This document shows positions 24,357-33,507 of a stretch of DNA of 60,821 bases, piece by piece (within the stretch, counting starts at the first letter, position 1; every line of letters starts with the position of its first letter). The DNA is from a virus. Under the pieces are notes generated by a model. The model saw only the letters and a list, made by a program, of their open reading frames with translations. It was not told the origin of the DNA and ran no database searches. Location of the stretch: positions 1 to 60,821 of IMG/VR virus record IMGVR_UViG_3300007643_000017, one strand, 5' to 3'. Made by a program: the position numbers and the translations under genes.

Positions 24357-24613
24357 CTGGAATACAGACTGGAAGATTGCTTAACTTCCTGAAAACACAC
24401 ACTAAAATTCCTGTTTTATTCCACCTTCCACTAAATTCTATAAACAATATAGAGAGTAGTAGTGTAAAAATATGGTGTTTGAGTCATGGTGGATTCTGAG
24501 TCTGGGGTTCCAGAGTTGAAAATGGTCCGAGAGTGGAAGATTTGCTGACTCGCCTTGTGGAATAAGGCCTCACAGCGTCTTCCAGTCGTATTCCAGACTG
24601 GAAGACTGGAATA
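24357..24613. repeat. Iteron-like array: 8 copies of [CG]TGGAA[GT]A in four dyads, flanking an AT-rich core (24381-24475)
   Basis: Plus-strand copies at 24357, 24369, 24533, 24557, 24598 and 24606. Minus-strand copies at 24578-85 and 24589-96. Partial copies near 24424 and 24505. Confidence 0.8.
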
Positions 24614-24714
24614 AAATCCCGGTGCGAATCAGCGATTTTTGGAGTGAAAGCCTGAGAGCAGGTGTTGTAGAAACGTGCTGTAGAAGAGACGCGTAGAGGA
24701 CGTGTTCTCAGGAC

Positions 24715-27507
24715 TTAGATCAGGTCGTCGTGTTTGGGCATGTCTGGGACATCGGCCTCAATGTCCGGCGCGTTCGGGCTGTCGATCTCGGCGAAGCCTT
24801 GCTTCAACTCCCGAGGCGACCAGTTTCCGAAGGTCGATACAAGCTCTTTCTGGGAGCCGACGCCATGGAAGTGCTTCTTCTCCTGCGTCCGGTTCCAGTG
24901 GTCGGCCTGATCGGCAGCAGCATTGATCTGGTTGAGTGTCATCATCTCCGGCGAGCCGATCCGACCCATGACCTGAGTGAAGACCTCTTTGCCGAATGAC
25001 CGAGTGCGATAGACCAGACGGTCGTCGTCATCGTCCGGGAAGCTCGTATCTTCCCCACGGTAGGCCCAACCGATCTGGTGCAATGGAACGGGCACTGAGG
25101 CCCACTCGTCAAGCTCACCAGCCAGAACCTGAGCCGGGGTCTCGACCTCGACCAGTTCTATCAGGCGCTCATGCTCTTCAATCGACTCTGGATCAGTCAG
25201 GTCAAGCGGAAGGTCTTCGTCAGGCCCCCACTCTTCGCGCAGGGCTCTATAAGCATGCACGGCCTCTCCGACGATCTGCGGATACTCTTTTTTGAACGCC
25301 GGGTTGTCGATACGGTCTCGCTTGGTTTTGGTCACAAGCATTGGCCAATAGCGACGTGCGCCGGACGGGTCTTTGAGATATTCGCCGTCGTTGATCGTAC
25401 CGATGCAGATCGACTGCCGTGGGTACTCCATGGTGTTCTTTGCATAGGCCACACGAACCTGCTCTTCACTGCGAGACAGGAACGCCTTCATGGCGCTCGA
25501 TTCGGACTTGTTGTAGGCCTTCATCTCGCCAAGCTCGGCAATGATTTTCCCCTGCAAGCCTTCGACCACTTTGGCGTTGTCGCCGAGGTCCACGTTGAGG
25601 TCGGTATGGAACTCTTTGAATCCCATTATCTCGGTGAAGGTCGATTTGCCCTCTCCGCCTTGGGGTGCTTGGAGAACCATCATATTGTGGAACTTGAGCC
25701 CCGGTTCGAATTGCCGACCGACGAGAGCGATCATTGCCTTCGTGAAGGCCTCTGCGCTGTACGCGGACTGCGGCAGGCCGAGGTATCTGTGAGCTACGGT
25801 ATGCAGCCGTTCGACTCCATCCCACTCGTCGGCGAACCGGGAGAACATGTCTCTGATCGGATGGAAGGGGCGCTCAAGGGCCGACAGCATGACGCCGGAC
25901 TTAATGTCCCGGTCGGTCACGTTGATGTTGTAGCCGCCCTTCTCGGAGAGCATGGCCCGGATCGTGTCGTCTAGTCGGTCGGTCAGGGTGTCGCCGCCAC
26001 GTTTCGGTTTCCGGCAGACGAAATCCGCCAGATCGGGAAGCTGCGTCCTGATCGTCGTCTTGAGAACCGGCACGGCCAGAAATTCGTTGTACCCAAACTT
26101 GCGTTTCAGGCGCTTGTCGTTGCGGATGATCTTGCGGACATTCGAGAGGGTGGACTTGAGTCCTTCCGTCTTATCGAAGTCGAGATTGCCGAACCAGTCG
26201 GGGTCATATTCGATGCCGTCATCTGCGGCCTTGGTCTTCTTCTTTTTCTTCTTGTCAACTTTTTTGCTACTCTCCTGAGTCGACGAATCTCCTGCGTCGA
26301 TTTCGTCGTCGTAGAGATCATTGATGTCGTCCGTCTGCACGTCTTCGCTGTCGTCCTCTTCCACGTCTATGCTGTCGCGGTCGTGTTCGAAGTCGCCCTC
26401 TTCCACATCGTCTTCTGTGAAGTCGAGAATGGCGGCGTACTTCTCGGCGTTCGCTTGCGCACGGTATCCCGGGTCTTTCTTCGCGAACTCCATCATCTTT
26501 GTCCACGACGGTCTCTTCGCCATGGGTGTGTCGTCGTCTTCGTCCTCGGTGTTGAATTTATAGAGGCGCACGAGGTCCCACGCATTCACGTTCTGCTCGG
26601 CTATCGGATCAGATGTGTGGTTGCTGTAGATGAATGTATCGTTATCATAAATGACCATGCCCGAAGAGCCGGTTGATCCGACAGGCGTATAGCGAGGTTC
26701 ACCCCCGGCTTCGCCATCGTCCGCTGGCACAATCTCGTCAGCCAGAAAAGTCTCGATTGCGAGGGAGATCGAATAAGCCCGACAGAAGATGCCGACAGGC
26801 CCTTCCTTCTCAAGCGGGTTCTCCGCTTTCTGCGATGTGTCACGAACGTTCTTCTCGCGCTCGGGGTTGAACGGCAGGTCGGAGAAGTCCGTCCAGTCGC
26901 CGACGAACTCGTCGAGGATTTTGTTCGGGTCGAGAGCCTTGCCTTTGTTCGCATGGAACTTGAACGCACCGTCCTTCGAAGCGGTCGGCTTGAACATCAT
27001 CTGCGCCATCCGGTGTGATACCGGGTCGATGGCTGTCATGTCTGGATTGATGTAGCTCGATACGATGCGCGAGAGCGGACCATGTGTGTGCCGGTCAACG
27101 CCCTCGGAAAGCAGGATGACGATTCTAAATTTCGGATGATCTGGATTGTGCGAGCGACTCGTCTGGATGAAATACTCATAGTCGTGAAGCCAGTTGCCGG
27201 ACTTCTGCTGCAACTCTTCGAATAGCTCTTCGGCGTTCTCGTCAACGTCGATAGTCAGGATGTCGCGGAAGCCAACGTCTTCCTTTTTCCGGCTGCCACC
27301 CTTACACGGCGCTGCGAAGAAGAAGCCATCGGCCTGCTTCAATTCCAGCTTCTGCGCCAGCGGCATTTTGGAATAGAACTTGTATGTCTCGGACGAACGC
27401 ACTGGACGCCGGAGCATTTCTTGGAAGTCGCGCCATGACTTCTGTTTGTTCGTCACTTTGCCGAGGTTCTTACGCCCTTCGGAGTAACGGATAATTTGAT
27501 CGTGCAT
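24715..27507 (-). CDS. DNA primase fused to a VirE-type P-loop helicase/NTPase
   Basis: The N-terminus is primase-like (DILTIDVDENAEE). An acidic linker and a KKKKKT stretch follow. The C-terminus has the VirE-like Walker A QAPQGGEGKSTFTEIMG. It ends ...KHDDLI. Confidence 0.8.
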   Translation of the reverse strand: MHDQIIRYSEGRKNLGKVTNKQKSWRDFQEMLRRPVRSSETYKFYSKMPLAQKLELKQADGFFFAAPCKGGSRKKEDVGFRDILTIDVDENAEELFEELQQKSGNWLHDYEYFIQTSRSHNPDHPKFRIVILLSEGVDRHTHGPLSRIVSSYINPDMTAIDPVSHRMAQMMFKPTASKDGAFKFHANKGKALDPNKILDEFVGDWTDFSDLPFNPEREKNVRDTSQKAENPLEKEGPVGIFCRAYSISLAIETFLADEIVPADDGEAGGEPRYTPVGSTGSSGMVIYDNDTFIYSNHTSDPIAEQNVNAWDLVRLYKFNTEDEDDDTPMAKRPSWTKMMEFAKKDPGYRAQANAEKYAAILDFTEDDVEEGDFEHDRDSIDVEEDDSEDVQTDDINDLYDDEIDAGDSSTQESSKKVDKKKKKKTKAADDGIEYDPDWFGNLDFDKTEGLKSTLSNVRKIIRNDKRLKRKFGYNEFLAVPVLKTTIRTQLPDLADFVCRKPKRGGDTLTDRLDDTIRAMLSEKGGYNINVTDRDIKSGVMLSALERPFHPIRDMFSRFADEWDGVERLHTVAHRYLGLPQSAYSAEAFTKAMIALVGRQFEPGLKFHNMMVLQAPQGGEGKSTFTEIMGFKEFHTDLNVDLGDNAKVVEGLQGKIIAELGEMKAYNKSESSAMKAFLSRSEEQVRVAYAKNTMEYPRQSICIGTINDGEYLKDPSGARRYWPMLVTKTKRDRIDNPAFKKEYPQIVGEAVHAYRALREEWGPDEDLPLDLTDPESIEEHERLIELVEVETPAQVLAGELDEWASVPVPLHQIGWAYRGEDTSFPDDDDDRLVYRTRSFGKEVFTQVMGRIGSPEMMTLNQINAAADQADHWNRTQEKKHFHGVGSQKELVSTFGNWSPRELKQGFAEIDSPNAPDIEADVPDMPKHDDLI

Positions 27508-27524
27508 GTCAGGCTCCGAGAGGG

Positions 27525-27806
27525 TCAGTAGAAATATTTGGAGAGTTCTTCGAGCGTAACGCGGCCCTCAGAAATCTCGACAACTTGCTTTGCCCTCTTC
27601 GGTGTGATGTGTTTGGTCTTCGCCCATTTGTGGACCGACCAGCGGCTTAGTCCGAGCAACCCGGCCAGCACTGTGTTCGAAACGATGCCTTTCTTGTTGC
27701 CTTTGACGGGCACCCATTTGTCTTTCACTTGAACGCTCGGCGGGCATGCTTTGAGAAGCAGTTGGTGCAACTCGCCAACGTCCTTTGTGGTTCGTGTTTC
27801 AGTCAT
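27525..27806 (-). CDS. Cro/YdaS-like HTH regulator (93 aa)
   Basis: Start MTETRTT at 27806 with SD ggagacaccccATG. HTH-like VLAGLLGLSRWSVHKWAK. It is divergent from the replication operon. Confidence 0.6.
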   Translation of the reverse strand: MTETRTTKDVGELHQLLLKACPPSVQVKDKWVPVKGNKKGIVSNTVLAGLLGLSRWSVHKWAKTKHITPKRAKQVVEISEGRVTLEELSKYFY

Positions 27807-27937
27807 GGGGTGTCTCCGATATTCAAATCTTGAGTGGTCTATACGCTGACAAAATGATGTTGACAAGCATTTTTTATTCCGGCATACGACCTGCGACCAT
27901 ACAGGTCACATCAACCTGACACAAGGAAGGAATCCAC
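27807..27937. promoter_or_regulatory. Divergent early control region
   Basis: TTGACA at 27860-65, with only a weak -10 (CATACG after 17 nt). ACCTG/CAGGT half-sites at 27889-93, 27902-06 and 27914-18. Genes diverge on both sides. Confidence 0.4.
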
Positions 27938-28393
27938 ATGTCACTTGAAGAAGCACTCGCAGCCAATACCGCTGCGCTGGAAGCCAACACTGCTGCGCTG
28001 TTGAAAGGCGGCTCCGCGAAACCGGCAACCAAAACCTCGTCGAAAGCTGAGACCTCGGAAGAGGCTGACGCAGAGAACGAAGCAGCCGCCAAAAAGGCAG
28101 CAGCCGACAAGAAGAAAAAGGCCGCAGCAGCCAAAAAGAAGAAGGGTCCGACAAAGGAAGAACTCGTCGCGCTGTTCTCAGGCTATCTTGCTGAGGTCGA
28201 TGGTGACGACGACGCCGTGGCAGAGCGCCGCGCCGAACTCAAGAAGATCAACGAATACTACGAAGTTGATCGCATCACCAACGCTGACCCGTCCGTCTGG
28301 GCAGAAGCAATGGGCTTCCTGAACCAGTTCATCGAAGGCGAAGACCCGTTCGCGGGTGAAACCGACGAAGACGACGACGGATCGCTCGTCTAA
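27938..28393 (+). CDS. Lys/Ala-rich (histone-H1-like) protein with an acidic C-terminal domain
   Basis: SD aaggaaggaatccacATG. AAKKAAADKKKKAAAAKKKKG tract. Ends ...DEDDDGSLV. Confidence 0.6.
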   Translation: MSLEEALAANTAALEANTAALLKGGSAKPATKTSSKAETSEEADAENEAAAKKAAADKKKKAAAAKKKKGPTKEELVALFSGYLAEVDGDDDAVAERRAELKKINEYYEVDRITNADPSVWAEAMGFLNQFIEGEDPFAGETDEDDDGSLV

Positions 28394-28394
28394 A

Positions 28395-29675
28395 ATGCCC
28401 GGTGCCCACAGCAGACTTAGTCCATCAAGCGCACATCGTTGGAGGAAGTGTCCTCCATCGGTGAACGCCTGCAAGGACATTCCTGATACGTCAGGATACG
28501 AGGCCGCTGAGGGCACCGTGTTCCACCACTTTGCTGCGTTCTGTGTCGAGTTCGGGTTCGACCCCGAGGTCTTCATAGGGCGCAAGCAGACCGTCCCCTA
28601 CACCGAGTACACCGAAGACGGAGATCGCATTGACGGCGACTACGTGATCGAGTTCAACGGCGAGATGGCCGACAGTATGCGGAAGGGGTTGGAGTTCATA
28701 AATGACTGGCAAGATGAAGACACTATCCTGTTCGTGGAAGAGCGAGTTGACCTTTCTCCATGGTTGGGTGCTGACCAATTTGGTACTTCTGACGTTGGGG
28801 TGGTTGATCCTGTTGCTCGTCGCATACTCGTGTTCGATTGGAAGTACGGACGAGGTGTGCCGGTTAGCCCAGATTGGAATGACCAACTGATTCTCTACTG
28901 TCTGGGAGTCTGGAACAGCTACGCCCGCAAACTGTTTGACGACGATCCGACAGACATCACGATAGAAATCGTCATCGACCAACCACGTGCGCCCGGTGGC
29001 GGAGGTGTCTGGAAGACGACGATGCGTCGTATCCTCAAAGAAGGGGAAGAGATCATAAAGGACGCTGAGGCGACCGACGATCCGAACGCAGAATTTCAAG
29101 CCGGTGAGAAGCAGTGCCGTTTCTGCCCGCTGGCAAAATCCGAAGACGGTTGCCGCGCACTCGACGAGTTCGTGGAAGAGATGTGCGGACTGGATTTCGA
29201 CTCGTTGCTCGAAGACGATTTCGATGCTATAGCCGCAGACCCGGAGAAGATGAACCCGACGAACCGGGCGCTGGTTCTTCTCAACAGGAAACTGATTGAA
29301 CGCTGGATGGATGGACTACATGACCAAGTAATGCGTGACCACAAGCGAGGCCTGCCGACGCCGCTACAGAAGGTCGTCGTCGGACGGAAACCAGCCCGCA
29401 AAGTTCGAGCGAACCAGATGGATCGCTACGAGAAGATTTTGAAAAAGACCCTCGGCGAGAAGGCGTATCAGTCTAAGATACTGACACCGACCGCCGCCGA
29501 GGAAGCATTGGGCAAGAGAGTCTTCGAACCGCTCTTGTCTCGATTCTTGGAGAAGCGTGAGGGGAAACCCTCGCTCGTCCCCGAGACTGATTCCCGAGAC
29601 GCTATACCGGACGTTACGGATGGCTTCGACGAAATCGACGAAGGGTTCGATGACAACGAAACTGCTTTGATATGA
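28395..29675 (+). CDS. DUF2800-type PD-(D/E)XK (Cas4-like) nuclease
   Basis: The N-terminus RLSPSSAHRWRKCPPS...AAEGTVFHH and the C-terminal Cys cluster CRFCPLAKSEDGC are typical of this family. It precedes the DUF2815 and PolA genes. Ends ...NETALI. Confidence 0.75.
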   Translation: MPGAHSRLSPSSAHRWRKCPPSVNACKDIPDTSGYEAAEGTVFHHFAAFCVEFGFDPEVFIGRKQTVPYTEYTEDGDRIDGDYVIEFNGEMADSMRKGLEFINDWQDEDTILFVEERVDLSPWLGADQFGTSDVGVVDPVARRILVFDWKYGRGVPVSPDWNDQLILYCLGVWNSYARKLFDDDPTDITIEIVIDQPRAPGGGGVWKTTMRRILKEGEEIIKDAEATDDPNAEFQAGEKQCRFCPLAKSEDGCRALDEFVEEMCGLDFDSLLEDDFDAIAADPEKMNPTNRALVLLNRKLIERWMDGLHDQVMRDHKRGLPTPLQKVVVGRKPARKVRANQMDRYEKILKKTLGEKAYQSKILTPTAAEEALGKRVFEPLLSRFLEKREGKPSLVPETDSRDAIPDVTDGFDEIDEGFDDNETALI

Positions 29676-29692
29676 AAAAAGGAAAATCGAAA

Positions 29693-30349
29693 ATGGCAGA
29701 TAAAAAAGAAGCACCACTAGGCCGCGTCGTATTGCGCGATGTACGCCTATCCTACGGCCACATCTTCAAGCCCGGTAAAGGCATGAAGGATGATGACGGC
29801 AACGTGCAGCCGGGTAAGTTCGGAGCGAACCTCCTGATGGACCCTGACACCGATGTCGGCAAGGCAAACCTCAAGCGTCTCAAAAAGGCGAAAGAGGATG
29901 TCATGAAGGCCAAGTGGGGCGATAAGCAGCCCAAACTCAAAGCCGAAAAACTCTGCACCCGAGACGGTAACGAGGAAGAAGGTGAAGAGTATCAGGACAT
30001 GTATTTCGTGTCCGCCCGTAACCCGGACCAACCGTCGATCATCGACAACCGGAAGGGCAAAAACGGCAAATGGATTCCGCTGAAATCTTCGGATGGACGC
30101 CCGTATTCAGGTTGCTACGTCAATGCGATTGTCACGCTCTGGGCGCAGGACAATGATTACGGCAAGCGTGTGAACGCAGTGCTGGAATCCGTTCAGTTTC
30201 TCAAGCATGGCGAAGCGTTTGGAGCGGCCCCTGTCGATCCGAACGACGAGTTCGACGACGACGATGTCGAAGGCGCTGACGTTGAGGAAATTGACGATCC
30301 GAATGACAGCATCGACACAGAAGACGATGACGACGACGGTCTCGTATAA
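29693..30349 (+). CDS. DUF2815-type ssDNA-binding protein
   Basis: VRLSYGHIFKP...YSGCYVNAIVTLWAQ...VLESVQFLKHGEAFG, then an acidic tail ...EDDDDDGLV. SD aaaaaggaaaatcgaaaATG; an alternative ATG is at 29672. Confidence 0.75.
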   Translation: MADKKEAPLGRVVLRDVRLSYGHIFKPGKGMKDDDGNVQPGKFGANLLMDPDTDVGKANLKRLKKAKEDVMKAKWGDKQPKLKAEKLCTRDGNEEEGEEYQDMYFVSARNPDQPSIIDNRKGKNGKWIPLKSSDGRPYSGCYVNAIVTLWAQDNDYGKRVNAVLESVQFLKHGEAFGAAPVDPNDEFDDDDVEGADVEEIDDPNDSIDTEDDDDDGLV

Positions 30350-30444
30350 GCCTCGTTGTCGGGGTTGATCTCCCCCGGCAACCCGCCGCCGCGTAGCTTC
30401 CTTCCTGCGTGGCGGCACCCTCTCTCCAATCCGACAGGTGACGC

Positions 30445-30609
30445 ATGCCCAAGAAATCAGACACTGCCGAAGATCGAATGACGAACGCAGCCAAATGGGT
30501 GATCGCAGCGATCCTCGTAGCAGGCGCAACGGCGCTCTATGTGGGCTATCAAGCCATAGCGGCCATCGTCCGGCTCGTGAGCCCCGCCATACAACATTTG
30601 GTGTCCTAA
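30445..30609 (+). CDS. Possible small TM protein (54 aa)
   Basis: Hand translation: MPKKSDTAEDRMTNAAKWVIAAILVAGATALYVGYQAIAAIVRLVSPAIQHLVS. The stop abuts the polymerase ATG. Confidence 0.35.
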   Translation: MPKKSDTAEDRMTNAAKWVIAAILVAGATALYVGYQAIAAIVRLVSPAIQHLVS

Positions 30610-30611
30610 AT

Positions 30612-32768
30612 ATGCCGCAAGTTTCGGACGTAGTCAGAAGAGCGCAAGAGGAACTGATCGAGAGCCAGACCAAGAGTACGTCCGGCCCGAAGGATCGCTT
30701 GCACCACGACTTTGAAACATTCTCGACCGTCGATCTGACAAAGACCGGAACGGATGTTTACGCACGTCATCCCGACACCGAAATTCTGATGTGCGCCCAT
30801 GCGATAAACGACGACACCCCCGACATATGGGTGCCGGTCGAAGGCGAAGAGATTCCGTCTGAACTGGAAGAAGCGATTGAGGACCCGAACGTCATCAAGT
30901 TCGCTTGGAACAAACCCTTCGAATGGCACATCTGGAAACACGTGTACGGCGTCGAGATTCCACACACGCTCTGGCGCGATCCTATGGTTATGGCCATGAC
31001 GTTGTCGCTCCCCGGCAAGTTGGAAAAGGCCGGTGACATCATCGGCATTGACGAAGACAAGAAAAAGATCAGACGCGGCAAGGCATTGATGCGAAAATTC
31101 TCTATGCCGAGGAAGCCGACAAAAACCCTCAAGCACACGCGAGTTCATTGGCACATGGAGCCCGAGGACTGGGAAGAGTACAAAGAATACTGTATCGGTG
31201 ACGTTGAGGCCGAGAGAGCCGTCTGGAAGAAGATCAGGCGCTACACCATGCCTATGCACGAGTGGTCCTTGTGGGTCCTCGACCAAGTCATCAATCAGAA
31301 CGGCATCCCAATTGATTCCGAGATGGTGGACAACGCCGTCGCGATCTACGAACACATCCGAACAGATCGTATGGCGAGAATGATCCGCCTGACCGGACTC
31401 GAAAATCCCAACTCGAACGTCCAACTTCTGCCGTGGCTCAAAGAGCATGGCTACCCATTTGACGATCTCAAAAAAGGTCACGTAGAGAGAGCCGTCGTCC
31501 GCTGTGACGAAGAGATGACTGAGAACTTCGACGACCCGGCGATCATCTACGAACTGGAAGACCTGAAAGAGGTTTTGGAACTCCGGCTCGAAGCCAATGC
31601 CTCGTCACCGAAGAAGTTCCACTCTCTTCAACGGTCGGTTGCGGAAGACGGCCTGCTCAGGAACTGCTTCCAGTTCGCTGGCGCTCAACGCACTTGGCGT
31701 TGGGCCGGTCGCATGCTGCAACCGCAAAACCTGCCCCGACCGGAGCGAGAGTTCGAAGACGCGATTGAGTTCTATGCGAACATCGTCAAACACCACAGCC
31801 CCGAGAACATCGACTTCATCTTCAATGACCCCATGGGGCTGCTCAAGTCTTGCATCCGACCCGTTGCCCGGGCACCAGAAGGGAAGCTGTTTATCGACGC
31901 CGACTTGAACGCGATTGAGAACCGAGTTCTCGGTTGGATCGCTGACGACCGGAAAATCCTTGAGGTCTTCGAGAAGGGTCAAGACCCGTACATCGCCTTC
32001 GCCCAGTACATGTTCCACCGGACGTATGAAGACCTTTGGCACGACTACAAAGAGAACGGCGACAAGGAAGCCCGAACGACAGCGAAACCCGGCGTGTTGG
32101 GTTGTGGCTACATGCTCGGAGCCGGAGAGGAACGGGTCAACCGGAAGACCGGCGAGATCGAAGCCACCGGCCTGCTCGGCTACGCGTGGAACATGGGGGT
32201 CAAACTGACTCACGATGAGTCGGCCCTGTCAGTGAAAGTTTTCCGAGAGACGTTCTCCGAGGTCAAGGACTTCTGGTACGCTATCGAGAAGGCGATGAAA
32301 AAATGTATCAGGACCGGCAAGAAAGTCGAGTTCCGCATGTTCGAGTTTGACATCAAGGGTCCGTTCTGCCGGATCAGGTTGCCCTCTGGCCGGTACCTGC
32401 ACTACTGCCGTCCGCGCCTCGAAGATAAGAAAACTCCATGGGGCGAGATGCGACCAACAATCACATACGAAGGGCTCAATGCGCAGGGCCAGTGGGTGCG
32501 GATTCAAACGCATCCCGGCAAGATCACTGAGAACGTGGACCAAGCGATCTCTCGCGATCTTCTGGCGCACGGCATGATGCTGGCGCACAAAGAAGGACTC
32601 GACATTCGGCTTCACGTTCACGACCAAATCGTCGGTCTGTCTGACGAGGACCGCGCTGACAAGGAACTGGCGATCTTGCAAGACTGCATGCGCTCAGTTC
32701 CGCTGTGGTGCCCCGGCATGCCTCTTGATTCTGCCGGTTTCACATCCAAAGTCTTTACAAAAGATTGA
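30612..32768 (+). CDS. Family-A DNA polymerase with a 3'-5' exonuclease domain
   Basis: Exo I HHDFETFS. Motif A DADLNAIENRVLG, motif B RTTAKPGVLGCGYMLG, motif C HVHDQIV. The ORF-track 5' extension from 30438 is rejected. Confidence 0.9.
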   Translation: MPQVSDVVRRAQEELIESQTKSTSGPKDRLHHDFETFSTVDLTKTGTDVYARHPDTEILMCAHAINDDTPDIWVPVEGEEIPSELEEAIEDPNVIKFAWNKPFEWHIWKHVYGVEIPHTLWRDPMVMAMTLSLPGKLEKAGDIIGIDEDKKKIRRGKALMRKFSMPRKPTKTLKHTRVHWHMEPEDWEEYKEYCIGDVEAERAVWKKIRRYTMPMHEWSLWVLDQVINQNGIPIDSEMVDNAVAIYEHIRTDRMARMIRLTGLENPNSNVQLLPWLKEHGYPFDDLKKGHVERAVVRCDEEMTENFDDPAIIYELEDLKEVLELRLEANASSPKKFHSLQRSVAEDGLLRNCFQFAGAQRTWRWAGRMLQPQNLPRPEREFEDAIEFYANIVKHHSPENIDFIFNDPMGLLKSCIRPVARAPEGKLFIDADLNAIENRVLGWIADDRKILEVFEKGQDPYIAFAQYMFHRTYEDLWHDYKENGDKEARTTAKPGVLGCGYMLGAGEERVNRKTGEIEATGLLGYAWNMGVKLTHDESALSVKVFRETFSEVKDFWYAIEKAMKKCIRTGKKVEFRMFEFDIKGPFCRIRLPSGRYLHYCRPRLEDKKTPWGEMRPTITYEGLNAQGQWVRIQTHPGKITENVDQAISRDLLAHGMMLAHKEGLDIRLHVHDQIVGLSDEDRADKELAILQDCMRSVPLWCPGMPLDSAGFTSKVFTKD

Positions 32769-32772
32769 ACCG

Positions 32773-33228
32773 ATGACCCACGCACAGAAATTTTTCGAAG
32801 AAGCAAAAGCGTCAACAACGGACGAGTGTATCTTGTGGCCGTATGCCAAAAACCCAAAGGGCTACGGACTGGTCCTGCGAAATGGACGATACAATGCGGC
32901 TTCTCGGCTGATGTTGATTGAAGTCACCGGCGAGGAACCGCAAGGCCACGACGCATGTCACGACCCCGTCGCGTGTAGTCACAGAGACTGTATCAACCCC
33001 CGGCACTTGCGATGGGGAACTCGAAAGGAAAACATGCGAGACAAGGAAATTTCCGGCACGGTTGCCCGAGGCTCCCGCAACGGGAAAACAAATTTCACGG
33101 AAGACGACATTCGAGCAATACGAAAAGACCCCCGAGGTTCAACTGCGGTAGCGAAAGACTACGGTTGCACGAAAGCGGCAATTGGAAATATTGTTGCGAG
33201 AAGAAATTGGGCATGGTTAGGAGATTAG
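32773..33228 (+). CDS. Free-standing HNH homing-type endonuclease
   Basis: ECILWPYAKNPKGYG...ACHDPVACSHRDCINPRHLRWGTRKENMRD is HNH_3-like, with a C-terminal HTH-like tail. Confidence 0.8.
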   Translation: MTHAQKFFEEAKASTTDECILWPYAKNPKGYGLVLRNGRYNAASRLMLIEVTGEEPQGHDACHDPVACSHRDCINPRHLRWGTRKENMRDKEISGTVARGSRNGKTNFTEDDIRAIRKDPRGSTAVAKDYGCTKAAIGNIVARRNWAWLGD

Positions 33229-33231
33229 GAC

Positions 33232-33507
33232 ATGGTCACAGAAGCGGAAATCGAGAAACCAACGGTTGCCCTTGCGACGATGCACGGCTGGTTCGTCAGG
33301 AAGGTCGAATGGCCGGGACGCCGTGGTGCCCCCGACAGAGTCTTCATCAAAGACGGACGCGTCGTCTGGATCGAGTTCAAGTCTCCGACCGGCAAGCCGA
33401 CAAAACAGCAGTTGCTTGAGATCAGGCGCATGCGCGAAGCCGGAGCCGAAGTCCATATCTGTAATTCACTCGAAGACGCGAGAGGCATCCTTGGCATTAA
33501 ATCGTAA
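33232..33507 (+). CDS. VRR-NUC domain nuclease
   Basis: GAPDRVFIKDGRVVWIEFKSPTGKPTKQQLLEIRRMREAGAEV. Confidence 0.85.
   Translation: MVTEAEIEKPTVALATMHGWFVRKVEWPGRRGAPDRVFIKDGRVVWIEFKSPTGKPTKQQLLEIRRMREAGAEVHICNSLEDARGILGIKS

Noticed and set aside
23716-24613. Possibility that the repeat block is a CRISPR array or a retron-type element
   Set aside because: The repeats are short (7-11 nt), irregularly spaced and of several unrelated families. No cas gene or reverse transcriptase gene is present in the genome.
30438-30611. The ORF-track extension of the DNA polymerase by 58 N-terminal codons
   Set aside because: The extension is Arg/Ser-rich with no similarity to polymerases. It overlaps a more plausible TM micro-ORF in another frame. 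The ATG at 30612 directly precedes the exonuclease domain.
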